This document shows, piece after piece, positions 51,001 through 64,000 of a stretch of 64,000 nucleotides of DNA. How positions within the stretch are numbered: position 1 is the stretch's first letter; each line of letters opens with the position of its first letter. A program made the position numbers and the translations under genes. Source of the DNA: Balanoglossus misakiensis (lineage: Eukaryota > Animalia > Hemichordata); the NCBI GenBank assembly GCA_040954595.2, contig CM082580.2:11236909-11300908 (forward strand), written 5' to 3'. The notes under the pieces are model-generated. The model did not search any database. It was not told where the DNA came from and saw only the letters and a list, made by a program, of their open reading frames with translations.

Positions 51001-51832
51001 ACGCCACCTCTTGGGAGATCTCGGTGTACAAACACCGCTGGCCCGGATCCCATGGAAGTCATCTGCAGATTCATGGTTGCTGAAGAATATTCTGGAACAG
51101 CAGCGCGAGGGTTTTTGCCAAATAATTGTAATTTGCGCCCACCACGAAGACTGTAGATCACCATAGGGGCAGCGCCGGTCGAGGTTGACTCCACCCGTCT
51201 TGCATGCACGTCGCACAATTATAGACGCCAAATATCGAAATGGTTGTGGGTAGAACCACGAGACTATTCAGTGATTTTTTAAAAATTATTGTTGTTGTTG
51301 TTATTGTTGTTTATAATTATTTATCAATTATTATCACACATCCATCAACAACAACAACAGCGGCGTATGAAGGAACATGCAAACATTCCCCCAGGCATCT
51401 TGCCAGTCAAGTAGAAGGTTGTATGGATTTCAAGCTGCAAATGACGTACTAACTTAAGACATTCTCAGCAAGCACAACAAGATTTGTCCAGCTTTTCCCT
51501 AAACACGCTCAGTAACTGACTAAAGTGTTGATTTGAATATTTGCTAGGTCTCAGGATTTAATGTTTTTGAAATTTTCAACTGTCGACTTTACACACTGCG
51601 AGAGGTGTGAAACCCAAAGAGGTGTGGGTGATTGAGCTAGATTTTGTTGTGAAATGCACCCAATTTTTGTATGTTGGATACGTTTATTTATTCAGCAGTA
51701 CAGATGAGCAAAATCTGAAAATAATCTCTTGTTCTCTTTGGACAGTGGATGCTGTACACTCGCAAACACAACGAAGTAAACTAAACAACCAGTCCTCAGA
51801 ATGCTCTCAGAAAGGAAACTAACCATTTCTGT

Positions 51833-51890
51833 TGATTGCTCGATTGATTGATCGATCGATTGATTGACAGATTAATTGAGTGATTGATAC
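51833..51890. repeat. (GATT)n degenerate microsatellite
   Basis: tgattgctcgattgattgatcgatcgattgattgacagattaattgagtgattga. Confidence 0.75.
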
Positions 51891-54800
51891 GATGTAATGG
51901 CGTGACGTTTTGTTTTCAGCAAAAATGATTGGCCATTGAATACTGTATTAAGGTGGACTGTACCAGTGCCAAAATATTTGTACTAACAGGGCTTAGTTTA
52001 AAAGAGAGAAACTCTTCCAACCTAGCACTGTCGTTGCCTCAGACAGAGCACCAGAAAATAGACCAATCAATAATTATCAGGGTCGATTTCTGTCAAAACT
52101 TATCATTTTGCAGTTATTCCCTTCCTGACCAGCATCATGTCGATGGGCTGGGATAGGGAAATTTCAGCTTGGTGGTTTGGAATACAATATGGAGTGACAG
52201 GGACGGGATGCGCTTGGAACTTGTCATTCTGACGCGTTCGACTGCGTCTACACTGTGAAATTTAATGTATAGTATTTCTGAAAGGCCGGGCTTACACAAA
52301 GGTCGGCGTTGCGTGTACTCCGAAGCACGCCGCGTAGAGATAGAGGGAGAGAGAGGGACCATTGCAGCGATCTGAAACGGCTCTCAAGATGCGCTCGCTT
52401 GCCGGACCGGGCGGATATGGCCACTCTACCCCTGTGCGTCGACTCGCGACGGGAACTACTTTGAACTGCGGGATCGGGATGAGACGCTGGGATTCTTTCA
52501 CTGCAGACTGCGTCATCGAGCTGGGGAACTCGGTTATAAAAAGACTGTTTTGCCTTGGGGGCAAAGGTCAGTAGCGTTGCATGGCTCAATCAGTGGTGTG
52601 CAGGGGGAAAAACTTGTCGGAGTGTCTGTGCACGGCGACAGCCGAGTCAAATATCACGACAAAACAACAAGAAAACACTTCCGACTGTGAACTGTGAACT
52701 GCAGAATCTAATTACCGATTTCTGTAAAAATGTCTTCGTAATGTCATGCACATATTCATGCATATTCCACGGTCTGTTCCAATCCAACACTCTGACCAAC
52801 TCGTTTGTAATTTCATGTGTTGTTAATAATTATGTTGAATCAAGTGGAAGGGTATTTTAGAGCACAAATACATGTCGCTTGTTATTATATAGCTCATGCA
52901 GTCATATCTTGAGTTTTGACTATACAGCCAGAATTGGAGAGTAACACAAAAGGTCAATTCGTTAATACAAACACACCATGGTGTAAGCCTATGGTATTCG
53001 TTTGAACAAAGCTGCGTGGTTGGTTTCGCCCCTCGAAGATTCCATCCGGCACTTCATGTAAAAACTGCCAGATTTTATGCGACAAAAATTGCCTTTTTGT
53101 GTGACTCCAGATTCCCTAAAACATCTAGTTTGTGTGTTCCTGTCATGCGTTGTATTTGGAACAGACGAAATCGCACACAGCACCGTCGAGGGGTGTGCCG
53201 CAGCAATCATATTGAGCCCCTGTAAATATGGCGATGCCTATACACGGGAAGATGCATCACCACGTGTACGGTGAACTGTTGGCGTCGAGGCGTTTTTACT
53301 TCGAAAGAACCATGAACCCATGCACGTTTTTTAAAAGATGGTACCTGTATCAACGCCGTTCAGTTAGGAAATACACAACGCCGTACTTGGCGAATGTAAC
53401 TGAAATGCGTGTTAAAGGTGCCAGCCGCGCAAACAACAATATGGCGGACTCGCTCGTGTGAATGCACGGTCTTATGTCATTGACGGGACCCCGAGATTTA
53501 TTCAAATATGTTGGAAAATAGACATTGTTCAGAACCCCGCAGACAAGAGAAACATGCGACCCAGACACTTAGGGAAGAAAACACGCTAAGGCTCAAGCAC
53601 AATTAGCAAAGTAATCGCAGCAATGAAAGTTAAACCCAGATGTGTTCTGGCGCTCAGACGAGAAGTTTCTAACAGTGCTATTCGACTTGTTGTCTTTTGT
53701 GAAGAACTGCCTACAGCCAAGTCGGCTTTGATTGTTTTCAACATGAATGGTCTGGAGTTTGGACTAGAACGGCACCGGGGTGATGTCCCTGGTGATATCA
53801 AATCAAGAATAAGAAAGCACGGTGTGTGATATTCAAACGCGCGAAACACGGCAAAGGGGAGACTTTTGCAGATTGTAATTTCTGGCCAACAGACACTTTA
53901 CTTATATTACACCGTTAAAAACATCAGCGTAATTAAGACTTTTCTAGCCCTGTTCTGATTCGAGTTGAATGGGACCGTGCTTCTAACCCAGCAGGGAAGG
54001 GTGTGAGGGAATAATTATTCATTAAGTCATAACACCAGTTGCTTGTCGTTTCATTGATCTTTTCTTATATAAAAGTAAAATTAATATCAATATCATGCTT
54101 TGTTTGTTTGTCTGTCGAGACAATAAAAATACAACAACTGTTTAAAAAGCAGACGAGGGAAATTCTGTATTGTCTCCTTCCTGCTCGGAAATGATGGAGC
54201 AGCCCACAAACGGTTGATCAACTATTTTTCACCCTCTCAGCTTTATTTGTCTGTATCTCACCTTGTGTTGGCCGAGTCAGGACTTGTCAGGCGAGACTAT
54301 TTTCGAATAACCGAAACACACCAGTGACGATAATTTGCAAAGACTGGGCTCGTGAAAATCGAAATAGCATCTGTCGATTGTGTTGTTTACTGCGGTTAAA
54401 ACTTAAGTTGCGTTGTGCAACGTTTCAGAAAGTCTGTCTGTTGCCGAATCTGTCACAGGCACTGAAACGACCCACACATAGTGAAGACGAACATGAAATA
54501 ATCTGACTGAGAACACAACGGCAGCTCCACCGTTTTCATTTAAAACCTTAACAACGGATCACCATTTTGTTACTGTGATGTAATGCGTTAAACAAGGAGA
54601 TTTTTATGACGGTTTTGCGCACAATCTGTATAAATGGCACGCTTCCCTCAGCAGTAAATTACGACACCCCATCCCCCCACGCACGCACAAAAAAACATTA
54701 TGTAATTTGCTAGGTTTCAACTCCAAGGAACGGTTCCCTTAAGTTAAGAGTCCCCCCCCCCATCCCAACAATGCTTTTTCGCAGTCGGTCCATTGATGAG

Positions 54801-57800
54801 CTTGGCAGAGAATGGTGGACCCCGGTGTTGAAACAACGAGCACGTTCGGTAATTTAAAAGCAAGATTATGAGCAGGGCTAATCGCGTTTTACGCGCTGAA
54901 TGGTCGTATCCTGCGTTTGTAAATGGGCATTGTCGCAAATGACTGGAGCCTCGTATATGGCGGGGTGTCATCCACACGACTGGGCACAGACTCGCACCAA
55001 AATTGGAAGGGCCATTTTCTTGATCGCGGCGATGTGAACCCACACTGTAGTTTGGTCTGCACCTCCCCCGTACATCCACTGCACTCGAAAGAATACACTT
55101 TTTTTCCAAGCCCCTGTCTTCGCCCCTCATCTTGCGTTGGCTCGGCTTACGTTCCGTTAGTACACCGACAAACACGCGTATATCAGTTACAACTCTCCTG
55201 AAAGAGTTTCGAATTTAGCCTTTTTTTGAACGCGATAAATTTTGATTCAATCTATGTAAAGAAATCCACATTTCTGAGAATTTGTCGATATACCGGCTCT
55301 GGCAAACTTCTCGACGTGAAACCCGGTGACTTTTCGGTAGATGCGTGCAGAATCCGTGCCGTTGTCTGTCAAATAAATCCCACACATTCATGCTGATATC
55401 TCCCGAGTCACAAGGTGCAACAAGAAAGGAAGAAAGCGACAAGTCACCTGAGCTAGAAGTTAGCCGGCTCCATAATGTATGCAGACAAATTTCACTTGGA
55501 AGATATATAGTTACATCACTTTTTATAGCTTCTGTTCTGCTCTGTTTTGGGTGCATTTATTTTTCGTGTTCACGAGCTTGGCCGTGGTTGGTTGCACCTT
55601 GAGGTTGACAGAAGCTTTGAGCTTTGATATTATCTCACCCAAGCCACGTTGACCATGGCTTTGGATGGCGTTGCTAACGGTCATCTCTGGGTTGCCGTGG
55701 AAACCAGATAAGATTATCCGTATCATTTTTCCATCTGTCAATTGGAGGGGAGCAAGGAATCAAATGATATCTATCTCCACTATGAGCATTGACAAAATAG
55801 ATAATCGTTCATTGTATCCGAGCTCATAGTCCAATGATCGCCCATTTACCCAAAAGCAGTTATTTTAGAATTCAAAACATCACTAAAACGACATCATCTG
55901 ACCAGAAACGCGCAAGGAAATAGAGCTGAGCATGAGCAGAGATAACGTGCTACCACCTCTCAGATAGATATCAATGTCAGTCACTTTATACTGGGCAATT
56001 TTCGACATGAAATCGCATTTATGAAATTGGAACACATGCCTGCCTGCGTGAATCTCTCCACAATGTGTGTAATGACAATTTTTTCTGGAATGGATACTCT
56101 GTCTTAATGATCTCTAGCATGGTGAATATTCTTCAATACTTGTATTCTGACAAATCTGCGTGTGTCTCTACCTGTCTGTCTACCTTTTTGTCTGTATGTC
56201 TGTCTGTCTCTGCATAGCCCTCTTGTCTTAACCGTCTTCCTCTGTCTCTACGCTAAAGTTTGGTTTAATATACAAACTAACGCCAATATGCGTCACACAC
56301 GAATGTCTGTTTTAAGAACCGACCAACGGGAGTAAGCGAAGACCGTAAACCGACAAATGTTAAGGGCGGAGACTGATTCCATTCTACTTTGCTTGGCAGG
56401 GTCCCTGTCGTTTTTGTCGTCTCTCCGTTCTGCGCCTATACACGTCATCTTCATTTCATGGCTTCCCGTGCCATCTCTCGCCGCCCTGCCCCTCCCCACT
56501 CACCTCCCGTCTAATCCACCCCTCTCAAATCCTTCCCTCTCTCTCTTCCTGCCCCTTTCCAACTCGACCCCTTTTTATGTACCGAGCAGCTTTCTCACCA
56601 GCGTCGTACAATGCTTGGCTCACTTGCCGGAGGCCTCCTTGTCACGAGGTATTATCGTTATCCTGATGTCAACATTCGACTTTTTGTGAAAATGGCATCT
56701 AACACTTGACTCTTCAAAAACACCCATTCAAGCCTATCTGCATGCGCATATTCTTATTGTGCGGTACAGTGCATATGAGGCCAAAGGTGACTTAAAGTAA
56801 TAATAATAAAAATAATAATAATAATAAAAATAAATGTATCAACATTTATACTAATACTACTAATAATATGGTTCTCTTAAGAAAAGGGAAGGCAATGTGG
56901 CGGCACACAATTCTCAGTGCAAGATTGCCTGATTGCATTCGTGGATTTATGCAAATACGCTGCTGCAAAGAATCACAAGAAAACGGTGTTGGCTGAAATG
57001 GTCTGTGATGAAAGTAGCTTGCCTTCGGCTTTCACAATGACCTGTTTACATTATACGTCGGTGTTCTATTTCTGGTCTTTTGTGGGGCTTTTGTTCACGG
57101 GCTCGGACTAATGAACCGTCAACGGGAAACCAGTGGCTTCAAGTACGGGGAGGGGGGGGGGGAGTCTCGTTAGAGCCTTTGCATTCCAAGGTCCTCGTTG
57201 TTCAACCATCTGTGACGTCGTACAGCGGGGGGGGGGGGGGCATGACGGACGTGACACCGCTCTCGTTTCTTTTTCGCTCGCGTGTTCGTCTTGCCGTTTC
57301 GGCCGACGACCGCTCTCCGCTCCAACTGCGCGGAAGACTCTCTGTGTTTCTCACAAGAAACGCGACGCACTCTTGTGTGAGCGCCGGCCGGTTATGCCTC
57401 GATGTCTGAGAAATCAACGCGGGGGCATGTGCAACTGACATGTCAACCGAATACGGGGTTTGGTGGAGCAGTCGCTTTTTAGTGAAACCCCGCCCCCTAT
57501 TTCTTCACTTAACTCTTAATTTTCCGTCTTTCATTATCTGTTGTCTCAAAAACATAAAACCACGCATATTGAAAAGAGGCGGGCCGGCAACCACCACCGC
57601 GCGCTCATTACATTGGAAGTTGTCATATATTTCTGATCAATCATTTTCTTCCAGACGTCTCCACCAACTGAAATTCACAATCCCAATAAATCCGATGTCT
57701 CTCACTCTTAAAACCAATATTTGAAATATACACATAACATTTTTGATCTACCAGATCTAAAATAGACGATATAAACAGAGCGAGAGGGTGGCGAAAACAA

Positions 57801-59669
57801 AACGTATCCAAGCGAAGAAAAGCTAGACGAGAAAGTGATTGCGCAAATGGATCTAATTGTGCCATCAATACCGCCAGTCGGTCGAGTTTCACTATGACAA
57901 CAGCTAGCTGCAATCATCCCAATTTTAGAATTTCAGTTTTTGATCTGAAAATTACAATTGCCAGACATATATATTTGCCATCTAGACGGTGTTGTTTTAC
58001 GAATCTGTTGGGTAGCCTAAACCGAATGCCTACTGCACGCTGCCCGTGATTAGACTTTGCGATTGCATGTATTATTTCATGGAGATACAAGCGAAGGTAT
58101 GATTATTATTTGGGGGTGGGGTCAGAAGACTTTAAATTGGAGATTTTAACACAGCACTGGAAAATATAAAAATAAATGTTTTTGAACAGCTACACTCACT
58201 GTCTGATTCTTACTGAGGATGTACACGTGGAAAATGTTTTCAATTGGCCGCCGAAGTTTGAACATATTATTTATGCCAAGTTTTCCTAGCACGACAGTTG
58301 TAAATGTTCATCTTTAAGAATCACGGATCATAGAATGTTTTTCGAGTATAAAACGTGGCACTTTTTCACTGAAAGTCTCTTTAAATGAAAGTCTTTTCGT
58401 TTCTGAGACCAGATTGGCAGAATGCCGTTGCATGAGTGTGATGACTGGCAGGCCAAGGGGTGAAAAATCGCCACTCGCGCCGACAAAAAAAATCTGGGAA
58501 AGTTTGCTGGCACTGGTGGTACTACGGACTGAATTTGCACTTCTCCCGTATATTTTCGCTTCTAATACCGCAGTTCCGCCTACGTTGTGTAAGTAATGCA
58601 GTATGATCCGCTGGCGTGCTCGGAGATCAAAAGCGTCTTCCCACACAGCACAGTAGCGTTCGATGTATAAACAGGGTCTGCTTCAGCGGATATACAGGCA
58701 CGCAGAGGTCAAAGCGGTCGGTTTACCAAAACAATCGACCCGTCTTTGGTGACCCAGTTTTTGTTGCAGTCAGTTATACTGTGGGCACCCGGTGACTTGG
58801 GCTTGTTCGCGGCCGTCACGCCAAAATGTCAATCCAGTGGCCTTTGTGGATTCAAGCATGTATGTAGGCGTTCTGCGGTAAAATATTTACTACAGATGAT
58901 CGTCATCTTTCTTTGTAATTTGGACATGCGTGGTAAATAATCCTACATTTTGGAATACTTCGTTGGGAGGATATACAATATGCACGTGTGCTGTGAATGC
59001 AGGCTGAAGTGTTCAACAAACCACATTTGCTGTCTTGGTGACACGCAGAATAGATTATTGATGATTTTGATATATAAATAAAAGTTTACCACCCATTCAT
59101 ATTGCTATGATTCTAGACGCTGGGATTATGGCGACAAGCGTACAAAACAATAGAAGAACGTGTCTCATAAAATCAAAGATGGCGATCTCGTCGCCTCGAA
59201 ATTTAGGGTCTGGGAAGACGGATCTTTAAGCTTACAGAGTGGAGAAGAATCGCATCGCATGATTAATTGAGAGACATCACGATCTTTAATCGATTATTAT
59301 GATCTTGCTGTTGTTATTAGTTAATGGTTTAAAAAGTCCCCCCTCCCCAAATCCGTGGATTCGACTAAAATTTTGCTTCATACGGAGAAGAGGTCGCCAT
59401 TTCGCGATTTTAATGGTCTGTAAATTATATTTTACGATTAATGTTGTCTCCGCTTTACACAAAACGTGCCTAGTTATCAAGAGGAGAGGCAATCGCGTAA
59501 AACTGCTGTGTAATATGGCGGGTTTCATTATGTGGTAATCGTTTGTGTATCATGCACGGTATTGCTGTTTAATGTTTATCTGCTAAAAGATGGCGAATTT
59601 ATCACAATTGGATTTCTGCTTCTACGCTTGTAAAAACACAGAAGGCTCGGTCTGCCAGCCAATTAGACA

Positions 59670-59726
59670 AGCAGACAGACAGACAGTTAGGCAGTCAGTC
59701 AGACAGACAGACAGACAGACAGACAG
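59670..59726. repeat. (CAGA)n microsatellite
   Basis: gcagacagacagacagttaggcagtcagtcagacagacagacagacagacagacag. Confidence 0.85.
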
Positions 59727-62700
59727 CGTGTAAGATGCTGCACTTCATGTAATCAAACCGACTTCACAAGGATACATTTGCACAACATTTTATGCCCGTA
59801 TCCGGACCTTGAACGCCTGATAGTAAACTTGTGGCCATGATGCCCGGGTGTCAAACCACGGTCCTCCAACCGTGGGTTCCGCGGGGACCGGTCGCCTCTG
59901 GAACTCCGATGCCTCTCCTTCATAACATGCGTACGTCACTCGGTCGGTATATTCATCTGTGCTTATTTGCATAAAAGTCGATTTTCCGGTTCACTCCATC
60001 AACTGTGTGGGTCTCAGGGGTGTTTAAAAGCTTGGCTTAGGTCAAAATCAAAATATCGGTTTCGTTGCTCTTTAGGTGGAACTTGTATGGGGGGAACCGT
60101 TCGACCGCCGAAAAGTGCCATTTCCGTGCGAGTTTGATACGAGTGCTGACAGGACATATATTAACTGTCATCGCACGTCGCGTTAACTTTTCACGTGTTT
60201 TTTTTTTTAAATTTTGGGTAGACCGAAGTCTTTGTCCGATTAATCTGCAAAATACCCGATCTGGTGTAACGACGTTGCTTGACGTTCTGCAGAAGTTATC
60301 GTACCAGGGTTTCAGTGCAAGCCAGCCAGCCCCAGTGTCGACGCTGATAAGAAATTAGGAGGCGGTTGCAATGCCGTGCCTGCCCGAGGGTTACCCGCCA
60401 TGATCCCGTCTCAGTGCTCGGCTACACGTGTATTAGTTTACATGGTTTTCACAGTGAAGCCCCGCGATATGTGACGGTGGTTTATTTGGTTGACATTGGC
60501 GCGCCAAGATCCCCGCCATCCCCCGTTATTGTGTGTTTTTTGACTCTAGGGCTAAAGGCTAAGCTGGATTGCTGGCATGCTAGCAGAATGGAACATTTGG
60601 AGCTCATTACACGGATGTGAACTTCAGCGACGGGCTTCGACATAATGAAGACAGAGGCAGGCTTCTTCTGAGAAAACCGGTGTAAATAATACGACTGAAT
60701 AAAATGACGCACGAACAAAATACACGCCGTGGATGTAATTTGCAATGGCGGTACGATTTATGCAGATGTCGGATATATTCTGGATTGTAGAGTGATTAAT
60801 TTTAGGTACTGAAACTATTTTAAAGAACGGTGTTTAGAACAACTGTTTTTGATGTCTGAAATTTGGGCGACCGTCCGCACATGAACTATCTCTACATCTT
60901 TCTAGCTGTCCTGTGAGACTCTCTTTCGTCTTCAATTGTTGATGGTTTGCGCATATATTCCGCGACACGACATCTTCAGTGACTTCCCATCATTCCACGT
61001 TCCAGACTGCCCAAGTTGCGATAACTTATAATCTCGTCTCGCCGTTGCAGGGTGAAATGAGAAGCGCGGTGCTGTCATCTTCGATTTCACTGACGAGATC
61101 ACTGCGCCGTGTACCCTCCCGCAATTTGTCGAGTAATTGTCGGTAGTTTCGCCCAATTTGTTTCAAATCTGCCTGTCCCTTTACTGCAGACAACAGTAAA
61201 ATTTAAGACCGTGCACGTTTCTTAACGATCGAATCACTACTCCCACCCCTTGAATTGTCATATCAGGTGATGCATTCGCGTTTCTTTTGCACGACGCGAC
61301 TATTATGATTGAGAATACTAACTGCACCACAGGATCAAACCAGTTTTGTCGCTCTATCGTGGTTTTTGTTTCTCGTGGGCATTTATTGATGTTCTAGTCA
61401 AATGAAACATACCGGTTACCCACGGATTGTTGCTTTGAGTAGACACACCATGACGTGCGAAAATATTGATTCATTGACATAATTTCAATACAAACAAGTA
61501 ATCAAAGCCTCATTATACGTAGATCTTTTTCGCGTTTTCTTTCGCAAATATATATATCCACCGATGGTGATCGCGTCTTTATATTAAAGGGCTATATGTG
61601 CGGTGCACAGCCGAGTGTATGGAGGCAACGAGGCGTCGGGAGATTCTAGACAAAGGTGTATATGCTGGACTCTATAGTTTGACAGCTTCGTAGCATTGAG
61701 TATAGTATAGTATAGTATATACCTTTGATCTCACTCGCACTGCGCTGTGCAAACACTCTGTCTGATTGAAATAACGGAACAACAAATATGTTAACGTTAA
61801 TTTGATTGACCACTGTTAATTTTATTAAGTTTCTGAAGAGATGTACGGCGGGGAACAAGTGTCGGTCACACGCTCACATCACATCTGATTCTGAATTTTC
61901 CCCAGCCTCTTTTAGGGACAAAGACGCCATACTTAGGCAATTAGCATAAATCAGTCAAACAGGCAGAGAGGTAATTTTGTTCTGTGCACTGAAATATGCA
62001 AATTCGTTTTTCAAACTCAATGTCAGCACCGTAGGGCCGCCATTTTCATGACCCCTGCACGACCTTACATCCTCGTACTTCCGTTGGTATGAATCAATGA
62101 GGTTGACTGAAACGTCTATAAAAACACATAATTGCAGCTGTAGTCAATAAATATGAACTGAATTTCAAGGTGACAATTTTTCCAGCCAGTTTTGGCACCC
62201 AATCGTAAGCTAAAACGAATAGATTGCCAAAATTTGCCATAATGACACCTGCTCACGTTGGGAAGATAGGCTTTGAAAACGACGCGCCTGATCACGTGAT
62301 CACAGTCTCATGGGTCCACAGGACATTGACGTGACACTTTTCCCCAGTGGAGATCAACCGAGTTATCAGCCCATGCGCAAACATTACGTGTTATTTGAAA
62401 ACGGCCGGATTTAGCGCCAGCACGCACATCGCATTTGTCTCTGCGACTGGAGCTGAACAAGAGGTTATTTCAGAGAATAAACCCCTCTTTTCAATCTCGG
62501 TCAAATCAGCTCACCGAGTGGAGTTCATCATAAAAGAAATGACCTCCTTCCGAAGATGAAACTAAATTGGCCAGATAATAATACTTCAGCCTGAGGATTG
62601 CGGCGTGGCGTAGCCATGACAACATGTACGCGGCGCAGACACCACCTCCCACGGTCGGATATATATAAATTTGTGTGGGGAAAACAATAATCACAGACCT

Positions 62701-62774
62701 GGATCAGAAACACAAGCAAATTTGGAGTAACAAGCAGGAAGAAACCTCGCATCATAGGTCATTCACCCTGCTCC

Positions 62775-62950
62775 ATGTCTGTCTGTCTGTCTTTGTAGAT
62801 TTAGATGCGTGATCTATCCATCTATCCATACATCAAACTATTTAGGCCTATCTATCCATCCATCCATCTAGCTACCCATCTACATTTATCATTAGATCGT
62901 CATATCTATCGTTCTCCGTCGTTCTATCTGTCTTTATATCGTTATACATC
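62775..62950. repeat. Degenerate (GTCT)n/(ATCT/ATCC)n simple repeats
   Basis: tgtctgtctgtctgtct; atctatccatctatccat; tatctatccatccatccatcta. Confidence 0.7.
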
Positions 62951-64000
62951 AATGTATTAGACATTTATCGCCGTAGCTATTGTTTATTGCTAATCATAAG
63001 AGATGTGACTGGTTGTAAAATGCAGCAAATATTCGCCATTGATATCCTTTATGACCCAATTGAGAATTACGGTAGACTCTGGGACGTGTTTACCTCTACA
63101 GTGCGTACCACTTGTTTTTCCGAAGACGTACCCAGTGTGTGACGTGGGCACTGGTGAATGATGGTCCGCGATACCAGTATCGCCTGTACACAACACCACG
63201 CTAGCTCATTGAGCAATCTATGAAACCGCTCCAAGATTTCCGTCATTTCCGGAGCGGTGTTCTTTTTTTCGGGGGACCACACTAGAACAGCGAACGTTAG
63301 GCGACCTCTCCGATAAACATGCCGCTGTGTTCTACGACGATAACATTTTGAGGGTAGGTGTGGGAAGTAAACAACGTGATAATGCCGTTTAATACAAACG
63401 TTAAGGTCAGGAGAGCGCAGAAACGGCCCGGTGTTGCCATGCAACGCCGTGTAAAAATACGACGATTATCATCTTAATGGCATTAAAAGAGGAGGGGGTT
63501 ACCTCTCTCTCGGTGGGGACTGACACCGACTGCCGGCTAACCAATCGACGGCTAGTGAAGCCACGGGTCCAGGGTAAAGGCATAGGCCGACAATGCGAAT
63601 ACCGTGGACTTAACCTTATGACCTGTTGAATTAGGGTGAGTATTTTCCCGCCAAATCTAAGTCGCACATTTCGCGCATCACTACATCTTTACTGGCGGAT
63701 GTCGGGTCAATACGATGCTTTGGAAAATCCATAAATTAATGAAACCCGATGCTTCCAAATAAGGCGCAGTCAAAATAACACGTTGATATGGATACTTGAA
63801 ATCATATTATATGAACCTCAAAAACAAAGCCATATTATGTTTTCCCGTAGACCGTAAAAGAACACCCTGATAGTTTATCAATATACATATTACTGTATAC
63901 AAATTATAGATACAAACTGTTTGTAAAATAAGGTGTCAAGTTATACTGTTTAAAGCTAGATAGAACCATTTCCGTATTTTCATCATGACGACCCTTCACC

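Noticed and set aside
55600-55735. Possible minus-strand exon (GKMIRIILSGFHGNPEMTVSN...)
   Set aside because: No recognisable family, weak donor, no partner exons; contains an X-box-like motif better explained as regulatory
59850-59882. Short hairpin with T-loop-like GGTTTGACACCC on the minus strand
   Set aside because: No cloverleaf or A-box; too short for a tRNA, SINE or pre-miRNA call

Overview
Eukaryotic (animal, probably invertebrate bilaterian; taxon not provable from sequence alone) genomic DNA with GT-AG spliced genes. Left to right: (1) a 3-exon, probably secreted gene (+) with three Cys-rich GxxPFC repeats fused to a bacterial-type sphingomyelinase C (EEP) domain, whose only nearby ATG is one base out of frame with the signal peptide; (2) an ankyrin-repeat gene (-) with about 10 repeats, an array of duplicated 18-nt frame-preserving microexons, and an upstream spliced ~81-codon ORF; (3) a RING/B-box/coiled-coil/PRY-SPRY TRIM gene (+) with the 96/231/23-nt exon signature, whose sixth intron holds (4) a complete intronless COG8 gene on the SAME strand, an arrangement reminiscent of TRIMCyp; (5) MLLT10/AF10 (-, 14 exons) head-to-head with (6) SKIDA1 (+, single coding exon), the same pairing as vertebrate MLLT10-SKIDA1 and MLLT6-EPOP; then about 15 kb without recognisable coding exons. 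Gene models were assembled by hand from splice sites and reading phase and need RNA-seq confirmation. No tRNA, rRNA, snRNA, known miRNA, CRISPR array or autonomous transposon was recognised.
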